Shown: one piece after another, positions 1 to 15,000 of the stretch
Layout: each line of letters begins with the position of its first letter
How positions within the stretch are numbered: the first letter of the stretch is position 1
Assembly: GCA_964016885.1 (NCBI GenBank)
Contig: OZ024748.1
Coordinates: 35,464,001 to 35,528,000 of the forward strand
Direction: 5' to 3'
Source: Eledone cirrhosa
Lineage: Eukaryota
Length of the DNA stretch: 64,000 bases
Program-made: the position numbers and the translations under genes
Notes under the pieces: generated by a model
What the model was told of the DNA's origin: nothing
What the model saw: only the letters and a program-made list of their open reading frames with translations
The model's database searches: none

Positions 1-3000
1 AAAGACATCGTCTCTTGTACCATTAAAGACATGGTGTCTTGTAACATTAAAGACATGGTGTCTTGTACCATTAAAGACATGGTGTCCTGTCCCATTAAAG
101 ACACGGTGTTTTGTACCATTAAAGACATGGTGTCTTGTCCAATTTAAGACATGGTGTCTTCTACCATTAATGAAATGGTGTCTTGTACCATTAAAGAGAT
201 GGTCTCTTGTCCCATTTAAGATACGGTGTCTTGTTCCATTAAATACATGGTGTCTTGTACCATCAAAGACATGGTGTCTTGTACCATTAATGACATGGTG
301 TCTTGTACCATTAATGACATTGTGTCTTGTACCATTAAAGACATGGTGTCTTGTAACATTAAATGATATGGTGTCTTGTACCATTAAAGACATGGTGTTT
401 GTACCATTAAAGACATGGTGTCTTGTAACCTTAAAGACATGGTGTTTTGTACCATTAAAGTCATGGAGTCTTGTACTATTAAAGACATGGTGTATGTACC
501 TTTAAAAACATGGTGTCTTGTACCTTTAATGACATGGTGTCTTGTAATATTAAAGACACGGTGTCTAGTAACCTTAAAGACATGGTGTTTTGTACCATTA
601 TATACATGGTGTCTTGTAACATTAAAGACACGGTGTCTTGTACCATTAAAAACATGGTATCTTGTACCTCTGAAGACACGGTGTCTTGTACCATTAAAGA
701 CATTGTGTCTTGTACCATTAATGACATGGTGTCTTGCACCATTAAAGACATGGTGTCTTGTAACATTAATGACATCGTGTCTTGTACCATTAAAGACATG
801 GTGTCTTGTACCTTTAAAGACACGGTGTCTTGTACCACTAAACACATGGTGTCTTGTACCATTAAATATATTGTGTCTGTTACAATTATGAAAAACACTG
901 TGTTTTGTACCATTAAAGACATGGTTTCTCGCACCATTAAATATATGGTGTCTTGTACAATTATGAAAAACACTGTGTTTTGTACCATTAAAGACATGGT
1001 GTCTTGTCCCTTTTAAGACATGGTGTCTTGTACCATTAAAAACATGGTGCCATGCACCATTAATGAGCTGGTGTCTTGTACCATTAAACACACGGTGTTT
1101 TGTACCATTAAAGACATGGTGACTTGTACCATTAAAGACACGGTGTCTTGTACCATTACAGACATGGTGTCTTGCACCATTAATGACATGGTATCTTGTA
1201 CCATTAAAGATACGGTGTCTTGTACCATTAAGGACACGGTGTCTCGTACCATTAAAGACATGGTGTCTTGTACAATTAAAGACACGGTGTATTGTACCAT
1301 TAAAGACACGGTGTCTTTTAACATTAAATGATATGGTGTCTTGTACCATTAAAGACATGGTGTCTCGTACCATTAAAGACATGGTGTCTTGTAACATTAA
1401 ATGATATGGTGTCTTGTACCATTAAAGACATAGTGTCTTGTACCATTAAAGACACGGTGTCTTGTACCATTAAAGACATGGTGTCTTGTACCATTAAAGA
1501 CATGGTATCTTGTACCATTAAAGACACGGTGTCTCGTACAATTAAATACATGGTGTCTTGTAACATTAAAACATGGTCTCTTGTACCATTAAAGACATGG
1601 TGTCCCGTACCATTAAAGATATAGTGTCTCGTCCCTTTTAAGACATGGTGTCTTGTACCATTGCAGACATAGTGTCTCGCACCATTAAATATATGGTGTA
1701 TTGTACAATTATGAAAAAACACTGTGTTTTGTTCCATTAAAGATATTGTGTCTTGTCCCATTTAAGACATCGTGTCTTGTACCATTAAAAACATGGTGTC
1801 ATGCACCATTAATGAGCTGTTGTCTTGTACCATTAAACAAACGGTGTTTTGTACCATTAAAGAGATGGTGACTTGTACCTTTAAAGACAATGTGTCTTGT
1901 ACCATTAATGACATGGTGTCTTGTACCATTAAAGACACGGTGTATTGTAACCTTAAAGACATGGTGTCTTGTACCATTAAAGACCTGGTGTCGTGTACCA
2001 TTAAAGACACGGTGTCTTGTACCATTAAAGATACGGTGTCTTGTAACATTAAAGACACGGTGTCTTGTACCATTAAAGACACGGTGTCTTGCACCATTAT
2101 AGACACGGTGTCTTGCAACATTATAGACATCGTGTCTTGTACCATTAAAGACATGGTGTCTTGTACCATTAAAGACATGGTGTCTTGTACCATTAAAGAC
2201 TCGGTGTCTTGTACCACTAAAGACATGGTGTCTTTTACCATTAAAGACATGGTGTCTTGCACCATTAAAGATATGATGTCTTGTACAATTATGGAAAAAC
2301 ATTGTGTGTTGTACCATTAAAGACACGGTGCCTTGTACCATTAAAGACATGGTGTTTTGTACCATTAATGAAATGGAGTCTTGTACCATTAATGACATGG
2401 TTTCATGTACCATTAAAGACAGGGTATCTTGTACCATTAAAGATACGGTGTCTTGTACCATTAATGACATGGTGACTTTTACCATTAAAGACATGGTGTC
2501 TTGTACAATTAAAGATACGGTGTCTTGTACCATTAAATACATGGTGTCTTGTACCATTAAAGACATGGTGTCTTGTACCATTAATGACATGGTGTCTTGT
2601 ACCATTAATGACATGGTGTCTTGTACCATTAAAGACATAGTGTCTTGTACCATTAAAGACACGGTGTCTTGTACCATTAAAGACATGGTGTCTTGTCCCA
2701 TTAAAGACATGGTGTCTCGTACCATTAAAGACATGGTGTCTTGTAACATTAAATGATATGGTGTCTCGTACCATTAAAGACATAGTGTCTTGTACCATTA
2801 AAGACACGGTGTCTTGTACCATTAAAGACATGGTGTCTTGTATCCTTAAAAACATGGTGTTTGTACCATTAAAGACATGGTGTCTTGTAACCTTAAAGAC
2901 ATGGTGTTTTGTACCATTAAAGTCATGGAGTCTTGTACTATTAAAGACATGGTGTATGTACCTTTAAAAACATGGTGTCTTGTACCTTTAATGACATGGT

Positions 3001-6000
3001 GTCTTGTAATATTAAAGACACGGTGTCTAGTAACCTTAAAGACATGGTGTTTTGTACCATTATATACATGGTGTCTTGTAACCTTAAAGACATGGTGTCT
3101 TGTACCATTAAAACATGGTATCTTGTACCTCTAAAGACACGGTGTCTTGTACCATTAAAGACATGGTGTCTTGTACCATTAATGACATGGTGTCTTGCAC
3201 CATTAAAGACATGGTGTCTTGTAACATTAATGACATCGTGTCTTGTACCATTAAAGACATTGTGTCTTGTAACATTAAATGATATGGTGTCTTGTACCAT
3301 TAAAGACATAGTGTCTTGTACCATTAAAGACACGGTGTCTTGTACCATTAAAGACATGGTGTCTTGTACCATTAAATATATAGTGTCTGTTACAATTATG
3401 AAAAACACTGTGTTTTGTACCATTAAAGACATGGTGTCTCGCACCATTAAATATATGGTGTCTTGTACAATTATGAAAAACACTGTGTTTTGTACCATTA
3501 AAGACATGGTGTCTTGTCCCTTTTAAGACATGGTGTCTTGTACCATTAAAAACATGGTGTCATGCACCGTTAATAAGCTGGTGTCTTGTACCATTAAACA
3601 CACGGTGTTTCGTACCATTAAAGACATGGTGACTTGTACCATTAAAGACACGGTGTCTTGTACCATTACAGACATGGTGTCTTGCACCATTAATGACATG
3701 GTGTATTGTACCATTAAAGACACGGTGTCTTTTAACATTAAATGATATGGTGTCTTGTACCATTAAAGACATGGTGTCTCGTACCATTAAAGACATGGTG
3801 TCTTGTAACATTAAATGATATGGTGTCTTGTACCATTAAAGACATAGTGTCTTGTACCATTACAGACACGGTGTCTTGTACCATTAAAGACATGGTGTCT
3901 TGTACCATTAAAGACATGGTATCTTGTACCATTAAAGACACGGTGTCTCGTACAATTAAATACATGGTGTCTTGTAACATTAAAAATGCTCTCTTGTACC
4001 ATTAAAGACATGGTGTCCCGTACCATTAAAGATATAGTGTCTCGTCCCTTTTAAGACATGGTGTCTTGTACCATTGCAGACATAGTGTCTCGCACCATTA
4101 AATATATGGTGTATTGTACAATTATGAAAAAACACTGTGTTTTGAACCATTAAAGATATTGTGTCTTGTCCCATTTAAGACATCGTGTCTTGTACCATTA
4201 AAAACATGGTGTCATGCACCATTAATGAGCTGGTGTCTTGTACCATTAAACACACGGTGTTTTGTACCATTAAAGAGATGGTGACTTGTACCTTTAAAGA
4301 CAATGTGTCTTGTACCATTAATGACATGGTGTCTTGTACCATTAAAGACACGGTGTATTGTAACCTTAAAGACATGGTGTCTTGTACCATTAAAGACATG
4401 GTGTCGTGTACCATTAAAGACACGGTGTCTTGTACCATTAAAGCCGCGGTGTCTTGTACCATTACAGACATGGTGTCTTGCACCATTAATGACATGGTAT
4501 CTTGTACCATTAAAGATACGGTGTCTTGTAACATTAAAGACACGGTGTTTTGTACCATTAAAGACACGGTGTCTTGCACCATTATAGACACGGTGTCTTG
4601 CAACATTATAGACATCGTGTCTTGTACCATTAAAGACATGGTGTCTTGTACCATTAAAGACATGGTGTCTTGTACCATTAAAGACTCGGTGTCTTGTACC
4701 ATTAAAGACATGGTGTCTTTTACCATTAAAGACATGGTATATTGCACCATTAAAGATATGATGTCTTGTACAATTATGGAAAAACATTGTGTGTTGTACC
4801 ATTAAAGACACGGTGCCTTGTACCATTAAAGACATGGTGTTTTGTACCATTAATGAAATGGAGTCTTGTACCATTAATGACATGGTTTCATGTACCATTA
4901 AAGACAGGGTATCTTGTACCATTAAAGATACGGTGTCTTGTACCATTAATGACATGGTGACTTTTACCATTAAAGACATGGTGTCTTGTACAATTAAAGA
5001 TACGGTGACTTGTACCATTAAATACATGGTGTCTTGTACCATTAAATACATGGTGTCTTGTACCATTAATGACATGGTGTCTTGTACCATTAATGACATG
5101 GTGTCTTGTACCATTAAAGACATACTGTCTTGTACCATTAAAGACACGGTGTCTTGTACCATTAAAGACATGGTGTCTTGTCCCATTAAAGACATGGTGT
5201 CTCGTACCATTAAAGACATGGTGTCTTGTAACATTAAATGATATTGTGTCTTGCACCATTAAAGACATAGTGTCTTGTACCATTAAAGACACGGTGTCTT
5301 GTACCATTAAAGACATGGTGTCTTGTATCCTTAAAAACATGGTGTTTGTACCATTAAAGACATGGTGTCTTGTAACCTTAAAGACACGGTGTCTTGTACC
5401 ATTAAAAACATGGTATCTTGTACCTCTAAAGACACGGTGTCTTGTACCATTAAAGACATGGTGTCTTGTACCATTAATGACATGGTGTCTTGCACCATTA
5501 AAGACATGGTGTCTTGTAACATTAATGACATCGTGTCTTGTACCATTAAAGACATGGTGTCTTGTACCTTTAAAGACACGGCGTCTTGTACCACTAAACA
5601 CATGGTGTCTTGCACCATTAAATATATGGTGTCTTGTACAATTATGAAAAACATTGTGTTTTGTACCATTAAAGACATGGTGTCTTGTACCATTAATGAC
5701 ATGGTGTCTTGTACCATTAAAGACACGGTATCTTGTAACATTATAGACCCGGTGTCTTGTACCATTAAAGACACGGTGTCTTGTACCATTAAAGACATTG
5801 TGTCTTGTAACATTAAAGACATGGTGTCTTGTACCATTAAAGACATGGTGTCTTGTACAATGAAAGACACGGTGTATTGTACCATTAAAGACACGGTGTC
5901 TTTTAACATTAAATGATATGGTGTTTTGTACCATTAAAGACATGGTGTCTTGTACCATTAAAGACACGGTGACTTGTACCATTAAAGACATGGTGTCTTG

Positions 6001-9000
6001 TACCATTAAAGACATGGTGTCTTGTACAATTAAAGACACGGTGTCTCGTACCATTAAAGACATGGTGTCTTGTAACATAAAATGATATGGTGTCTTGTAC
6101 CATTAAAGACATAGTGTCTTGTACCATTAAAGACACTGTGTCTTGTACCATTAAAGATTTGGTGTCTTGTACCATTAAAGACATGGTATCTTGTACCATT
6201 CAAGACACGGTGTCTCGTACAATTAAATACAGGGTGTCATGTAAAATTAAAAACATGGTGTCTTCTACCATTGAAGACATGGTGTCTTGTACCAGTAAAG
6301 TCATAGTGTCTCGTCTCATTTAAGACATGGTGTCTTGGACCATTCAAGACATGATGTCTTGTACCATTAAAGATATGGTGTCCTGTCCCATTAAAGACAC
6401 GGTGTTTTGTACCATTAAAGACATGGTGTCTTGTCCAATTTAAGACATGGTGTCTTCTACCATTAATGACATGGTGTCTTGTACCATTAAAGAGATGGTC
6501 TCTTGTCCCATTTAAGATACGGTGTCTTGTACCATTAAATACATGGTGTCTTGTACCATTAAAGACATTTTGTCTTGTCCCATTTAAGACATGGTGTCTT
6601 GTACCATTAAAGACATGGTGTCTTGTCCCGTTTAAGTCATGGTGTCTTGTACCTTTAATGATATGGTGTATTGTACCATTAAAGACATGGTGTCTTGTAC
6701 CATTAAAGACATGGTGTCTTTACCATTAATGACATGGTGTCTTGTACCATTAAAGACACGGTATCTTGTAACATTAAAGATACGGTGTCTTGTAATATTA
6801 AAGACACGGGGTCTAGTAACCTTAAAGACATGGTGTTTTCTACCATTATATACATGGTGTCTTGTAAACTTAAAGACACGGCGTCTTGTACCATTAATGA
6901 CAGGGTGACATTTACCATTAAAGACATGGTGTCCCGTACCATTAAAGACATGCTGTCTTGTACCATTAAAGTTATAGCGTCTCGTCCCATTTAAGACATG
7001 GTGTCTTGTACCATTAAAGACATGGTGTCTTGTACCATTAATGCCATGGTGTCTTGTACCATTAATGACATGGTGTCTTGTACCATTAAAGACATGGTGT
7101 CTTGTTCCATTTAAGACATGGTGTCTTGTACCTTTAATATGGTGTATTGTACCATTAAAGACACGGTATCTTGTACCATTAAAGATACGGTGTCTTGTAA
7201 AATTAAAGACACGGTGTCTAGTAACCTTAAAGACATGGTGTTTTGTACCATTAAAGACACGGTGTCTTGTACTATTAAAGACATGGTGTCTTGTACCATT
7301 AATGACATGGTGACTTTTACAATTAAAGACATGGTGTCTTGTAACATTAAAGACATCGTGTATTGTAGCATTAAAGACATGGAGTCTTGTACCTTTAAAG
7401 ACACGGTGTCTTGTACAATTAAAGATATGGTGTCTTGTACCATTAAAGACACGGTGTCTTGTAACCTTAAAGACATGGTGTCTGGTACCATTGAAGACAC
7501 GGTGTCTTGTACCATTAAAGACACGGTGTCTTCTAGCATTAAAAACATGGTATCTTGTACCTCAAAAGACACGGTGTCTTGTACCATTAAGACATGGTGT
7601 CTTGTACCATTAATGACATGGTGTCTTGTACCATTAAAGACATGGTGTCTTGTAACATTAAATGATATGGTGTCTTGTACAATTAAAGACATAGTGTCTT
7701 GTACCATTAAAGACACGGTGTCTTGTACCATTAAAGACATGGTGTCTCGTACCATTAAAGACATTGTGTCTTGTAACATTAAATGATATGGTGGCTTGTA
7801 CCATTAAAGACATAGTGTCTTGTACCATTAAAGACACGGTGTCTTGTTCCATTAAAGACATGGTGTCTTGTACCATTAAATATATAGTGTCTGTTACAAT
7901 TATGAAAAACACTGTGTTTTGTACCATTAAAGACATGGTGTCTCGCACCATTAAATATATGGTGTCTTGTACAATTATGAAAAACTGTGTGTTTTGTACC
8001 ATTAAAGACATGGTGTCTTGTCCCTTTTAAGACATGGTGTCTTGTACCATTAAAAACATGGTGTCATGCACCATTAATAAGCTGGTGTCTTGTACCATTA
8101 AACACACGGTGTTTTGTACCATTAAAGACATGGTGACTTGTACCATTAAAGACACGGTGTCTTGTACCATTACAGACATGGTGTCTTGCACCATTAAAGA
8201 TACGGTGTCTTGTACCATTAAAGACACGGTGTCATGTACCATTAAAGACATGGTGTCTCGTACAATTAAAGACTCGGTGTATTGTACCATTAAAGACACG
8301 GTGTCTTTTAACATTAAATGATATGGTGTCTTGTACCATTAAAGACATGGTGTCTCGTACCATTAAAGACATGGTGTCTTGTAACATTAAATGATATGGT
8401 GTCTTGTACCATTAAAGACATAGTGTCTTGTACCATTAAAGACACGGTGTCTTGTACCATTAAAGACATGGTGTCTTGTACCATTAAAGATATGGTATCT
8501 TGTACCATTAAAGACACGGTGTCTCGTACAATTAAATACATGGTGTCTTGTAACATTAAAACATGGTTTCTTGTACCATTAAAGACATGGTGTCCCGTAC
8601 CATTAAAGATATAGTGTCTCGTCCCATTTAAGACATGGTGTCTTGTACCATTGCAGACATAGTGTCTCGCACCATTAAATATATGGTGTATTGTACAATT
8701 ATGAAAAAACACTGTGTTTTGTACCATTAAAGATATGGTGTCTTGTCCCATTTAAGACATCGTGTCTTGTACCATTAAAAACATGGTGTCATGCACCATT
8801 AATGAGCTGGTGTCTTGTACCATTAAACACACGGTGTTTTGTACCATTAAAGAGATGGTGACTTGTACCTTTAAAGTCACGGTGTATTGTAACCTTAAAG
8901 ACATGGTCTCTTGTACCATTAAAGACATGGTGTCGTGTACCATTAAAGACACGGTGTCTTGTACCATTAAAGACGCGGTGTCTTGTACCATTACAGACAT

Positions 9001-12000
9001 GGTGTCTTGCACCATTAATGACATGGTATCTTGTACCATTAAAGATACGGTGTCTTGTAACATTAAAGACACGGTGTCTTGCACCATTATAGACATCGTG
9101 TTTTGCAACATTATAGACATCGTGTCTTGTACCATTAAAGACATGGTTTCTTGTACCATTAAAGACATGGTGTCTTGTACCATTAAAGACTCGGTGTCTT
9201 GTACCATTAAAGACATGGTGTCTTTTAACATTAAAGACATGGTGTCTTGCACCATTTAAGATATGATGTCTTCTACAATTATGAAAAAACATTGTGTGTT
9301 GTACCATTAAAGACACGGTGGCTTGTACCATTAAAGACATGGTGTTTTGTACCATTAATGAAATGGAGTCTTGTACCATTAATGACATGGTTTCATGTAC
9401 CATTAAAGACAGGGTATCTTGTACCAATAAAGATACGGTGTCTTGTACCATTAATGACATGGTGACTTTTACCATTAAAGAGATGGTGTCTTGTACAATT
9501 AAAGATATGGTGTCTTGTACCATTAAAGACACGGTGTCTTGTAACCTTAAAGACATGGTGTCTTGTACCATTAAAGACACGGTGTCTTGTACCATTAAAA
9601 ACTCGGTGTCTTGTACCATTAAAGACATGGTGTCTTTTACCATTAAAGACACGGTGACTTGTACCATTAAAGACATCGTGTCTTGCAGTATTAATGACAT
9701 GGTGTCTTGTACCATTAAAGACATGCACTCTTGTACCATTAAAGACACGGTGTCTTGTACCATTAAAGACACGGTGTTTCGTACCATTAAAGACATGTTG
9801 TCTTGAAACATTAAATGATATGGTGTCTTGTACCATTAAAGACACAGTGTCTTGTACCATTAAAGACACGGTGCCTTGTACCATTAAAGATATGGTGTCT
9901 TGTACCATTAAAGACATGCTGTCTTGAACCATTAAAGACACGGTTTCTCGTACAATTAAATACATGGTGTCTTGTAACAATAAATCATGGTGTCTTGTAC
10001 CACTAAAGACATGGTGTCTTGTCCCATTTAAGACATGGTGTCTTGTACCTTTAATGATATGGTGTATTGTACCATTAAAGACATGGTGTCTTTACCATTA
10101 ATGACATGGTGTCATGTACCATTAAAGACACGGTATCTTGTACCATTAAAGATACGGTGTCTTGTAATATTAAAGACACGGTGTCTAGTAACCTTAAAGA
10201 TATGGTGTTTTGTACCATTAAAGACACGGTGTCTTGTACCATTAAAGACATGGTGTCTTGTACCATTAATGACATGGTGACTTTTACCATTAAAGACATG
10301 GTATCTTGTAACATTAAACACATCGTGTATTGTAGCATTAAAGACATGGAGTCTTGTACCTTTAAAGACACGGTGTCTTGTACCATTAAAGACACGGTGT
10401 CTTGTAACCTTAAAGACATGGTGTCTTGTACCATTAAAGACACGGTGTCTTGTACCATTAAAGACACGATGTCTTGTACCATAAAAACATGGTATCTTGA
10501 ACCTCAAAAGACACGGTGTCTTGTACCATTAAAGACATCGTGTCTTGTACCATTAATGACATGGTGTCTTGTACCATTAAAGACATGGTGTCTTGTAACA
10601 TTAAAGACATCGTGTCTTGTACCATTAAAGACACGGTGTCTTGTACCATTAAAGACATTGTGTCTTTTACCATTAAAGACATGGTGTCTCGTACAATTAA
10701 AGACATGGTGTCTTATAACATTAAATGATATGGTGTCTTGTACCATTAAAGACATAGTGTCTTGTACCATTAAAGACACGGTGTCTTGTACCATTAAAGA
10801 CATGGTGTCTTGTACCATTAAAGACATGGTATCTTGTACCATTAAAGACACGGTGTCTCGTACAATTAAATACATGGTGTCTTGTAACATTAAATCCTGG
10901 TATCTTGTACCATTAAAGACATGGTGTCCCGTACAATTAAAGACATGCTGTCTTGTACCATTAAAGATATAGTGTCTCGTCCAATTTAAGAGATGGCGTC
11001 TCGCACCATTAAATATATGGTGTCTTGTACAATTATGAAAAACACTGTGTTTTGTACCATTAAAGACATGGTGTCTTGTCCCATTTAAGACATGGTGTCT
11101 TGTACCATTAAAAATAAGGTGTCATGCACCATTAATGAGCTGGTGTCTTGTACCATTAAACCAACGGTGTTTTGTACCATTAAAGACATGGTGACTTGTA
11201 CCTTTAAAGACAATGTGTCTTGCATCATTAATGACATGGTATCTTGTACCATTAAAGATACGGTGTCTTGTAACATTAAAGACACGGTGTTTTGTACCAT
11301 TAAAGACACGGTGTCTTGCACCATTATAGACATCGTGTCTTGCAACATTATAGACATCGTGTCTTGTACCATTAAAGACATGGTGTCTTGTACCATTAAA
11401 GACATGGTGTCTTGTACCATTAAAGACTCGGTGACTTGTACCATTAAAGACATGGTGTCTTTTACCATTAAAGACATGGTGTCTTGCACCATTAAAGATA
11501 TGGTGTCTTGTACCATTAAAGACATGGTGTTTTGTACCATTAAAGACTCGGTGACTTGTACCATTAAAGACATGGTGTCTTTTACCATTAAAGACATGGT
11601 GTCTTGTACCATTAAAGACATGGTGTCTTGTACCATTAAAGACTCGGTGACTTGTACCATTAAAGACATGGTGTCTTTTACCATTAAAGACATGGTGTCT
11701 TGCACCATTAAAGATATGATGTCTTGTACAATTATGAAAAAACATTGTGTGTTGTACCTTTAAAGACAATGTGTCTTGCATCATTAATGACATGGTATCT
11801 TGTACCATTAAAGATACGGTGTCTTGTAACATTAAAGACACGGTGTTTTGTACCATTAAAGACACGGTGTCTTGCACCATTATAGACATCGTGTCTTGCA
11901 ACATTATAGACATCGTGTCTTGTACCATTAAAGACATGGTGTCTTGTACCATTAAAGACATGGTGTCTTGTACCATTAAAGACTCGGTGACTTGTACCAT

Positions 12001-15000
12001 TAAAGACATGGTGTCTTTTACCATTAAAGACATGGTGTCTTGCACCATTAAAGATATGATGTCTGGTACAATTATGAAAAAGCATTGTGTGTTGTACCAT
12101 TAAAGACACGGTGCCTTGTACCATTAAAGACATGATGTTTTGTACCATTAATGAAATGGAGTCTTGTACCATTAATGACATGGTTTCTTGTACCATTAAA
12201 GACAGGGTATCTTGTACCATTAAAGATACGGTGTCTTGTACCATTAATGACATGGTGACTTTTACCATTAAAGACATGGTGTCTCGTACAATTAAAGATA
12301 TGGTGTCTTGTACCATTAAAGACACGGTGTCTTGTAACCTTAAAGACACGGTGTCTTGTACCATTAAAGACATGGTGTATTGTACCATTAAAGACATGGT
12401 GTCTTTTACCATTAAAGACTCGGTGTCTTGTACCATTAAAGACATGGTGTCTTTTACTATTAAAGACATGGTGACCTGTACCATTAAAGACATGGTGTCT
12501 TGTACCATTAAAGACATGGTGTCTTGCACCATTAAAGACACGGTATCTTGTACCATTAACGACATCGTGTCTTGCAGTATTAATGACATGGTGTCTTGTA
12601 CCATTAAAGACACGGTGTCTTGTACCATTAAAGACACGGTGTTTCGTACCATTAAAGACACGTTGTCTTGAAACATTAAATGATATGGTGTCTTGTACCA
12701 TTAAAGACATAGTGTCTTGTACCATGAAAGACACGGTGTCTTGTACCATTAAGAACTCGGTGTCTTGTACCATTAAAGACATGGTGTCTTTTACCATTAA
12801 AGACATGGTGACTTGTACCATTAAAGACATGGTGTCTTGTACCATTAAAGACATGGTGTCTTGCACCATTAAAGACACGGTATCTTGTAACATTATAGAC
12901 CTGGTGTCTTGTACCATTAAAGACACGGTGACTTGTACCATTAAAGACATCGTGTCTTGCAGTATCAATGACATGGTGTCTTGTACCATTAAAGACATGC
13001 ACTCTTGTACCATTAAAGACACGGTGTCTTGTACCATTAAAGACACGGTGTTTCGTACCATTAAAGACATGTTGTCTTGAAACATTAAATGATATGGTGT
13101 CTTGTACCATTAAAGACACGGTGCCTTGTACCATTAAAGATATGGTGTCTTGTACCATTAAAGACATGGTGTCTTGAACCATTAAAGACACGGTTTCTCG
13201 TACAATTAAATACATGGTGTCTTGTAACAATAAATCATGGTGTCTTGTACCACTAAAGACATGGTGTCTTGTCCCATTTAAGACATGGTGTCTTGTACCT
13301 TTAATGATATGGTGTATTGTACCATTAAAGACATGGTGTCTTTACCATTAATGACATGGTGTCATGTACCATTAAAGACACGGTATCTTGTACCATTAAA
13401 GATACGGTGTCTTGTAATATTAAAGACACGGTGTCTAGTAACCTTAAAGATATGGTGTTTTGTACCATTAAAGACACGGTGTCTTGTACCATTAAAGACA
13501 TGGTGTCTTGTACCATTAATGACATGGTATCTTGTAACATTAAACACATCGTGTATTGTAGCATTAAAGACATGGAGTCTTGTACCTTTAAAGACACGGT
13601 GTCTTGTACCATTAAAGACACGGTGTCTTGTAACCTTAAAGACATGGTGTCTTGTACCATTAAAGACACGGTGTCTTGTACCATTAAAGACACGATGTCT
13701 TGTACCATAAAAACATGGTATCTTGAACCTCAAAAGACACGGTGTCTTGTACCATTAAAGACATCGTGTCTTGTACCATTAATGACATGGTGTCTTGTAC
13801 CATTAAAGACATGGTGTCTTGTAACATTAAAGACATCGTGTCTTGTACCATTAAAGACACGGTGTCTTGTACCATTAAAGACATGGTGTCTTTTACCATT
13901 AAAGACATGGTGTCTCGTACAATTAAAGACATGGTGTCTTATAACATTAAATGATATGGTGTCTTGTACCATTAAAGACATAGTGTCTTGTACCATTAAA
14001 GACACGGTGTCTTGTACCATTAAAGACATGGTGTCTTGTACCATTAAAGACATGGTATCTTGTACCATTAAAGACACGGTGTCTCGTACAATTAAATACA
14101 TGGTGTCTTGTAACATTAAATCCTGGTATCTTGTACCATTAAAGACATGGTGTCCCGTACAATTAAAGACATGCTGTCTTGTACCATTAAAGATATAGTG
14201 TCTCGTCCAATTTAAGAGATGGTGTCTCGCACCATTAAATATATGGTGTCTTGTACAATTATGAAAAACACTGTGTTTTGTACCATTAAAGACATGGTGT
14301 CTTGTCCCATTTAAGACATGGTGTCTTGTACCATTAAAAATAAGGTGTCATGCACCATTAATGAGCTGGTGTCTTGTACCATTAAACCAACGGTGTTTTG
14401 TACCATTAAAGACATGGTGACTTGTACCTTTAAAGACAATGTGTCTTGCATCATTAATGACATGGTATCTTGTACCATTAAAGACACGGTGTCTTGTACC
14501 ATTAAAGACATGGTGTCTTGTACCATTAAATATATAGTGTCTGTTACAATTATGAAAAACACTGTGTTTTGTACCATTAAAGACATGGTGTCTCGCACCA
14601 TTAAATATATGGTGTCTTGTACAATTATGAAAAACACTGTGTTTTGTACCATTAAAGACATGGTGTCTTGTCCCTTTTAAGACATGGTGTCTTGTACCAT
14701 TAAAAACATGGTGTCATGCACCGTTAATAAGCTGGTGTCTTGTACCATTAAACACACGGTGTTTTGTACCATTAAAGACATGGTGACTTGTACCATTAAA
14801 GACACGGTGTCTTGTACCATTACAGACATGGTGTCTTGCACCATTAATGACATGGTGTATTGTACCATTAAAGACACGGTGTCTTTTAACATTAAATGAT
14901 ATGGTGTCTTGTACCATTAAAGACATGGTGTCTCGTACCATTAAAGACATGGTGTCTTGTAACATTAAATGATATGGTGTCTTGTACCATTAAAGACATA

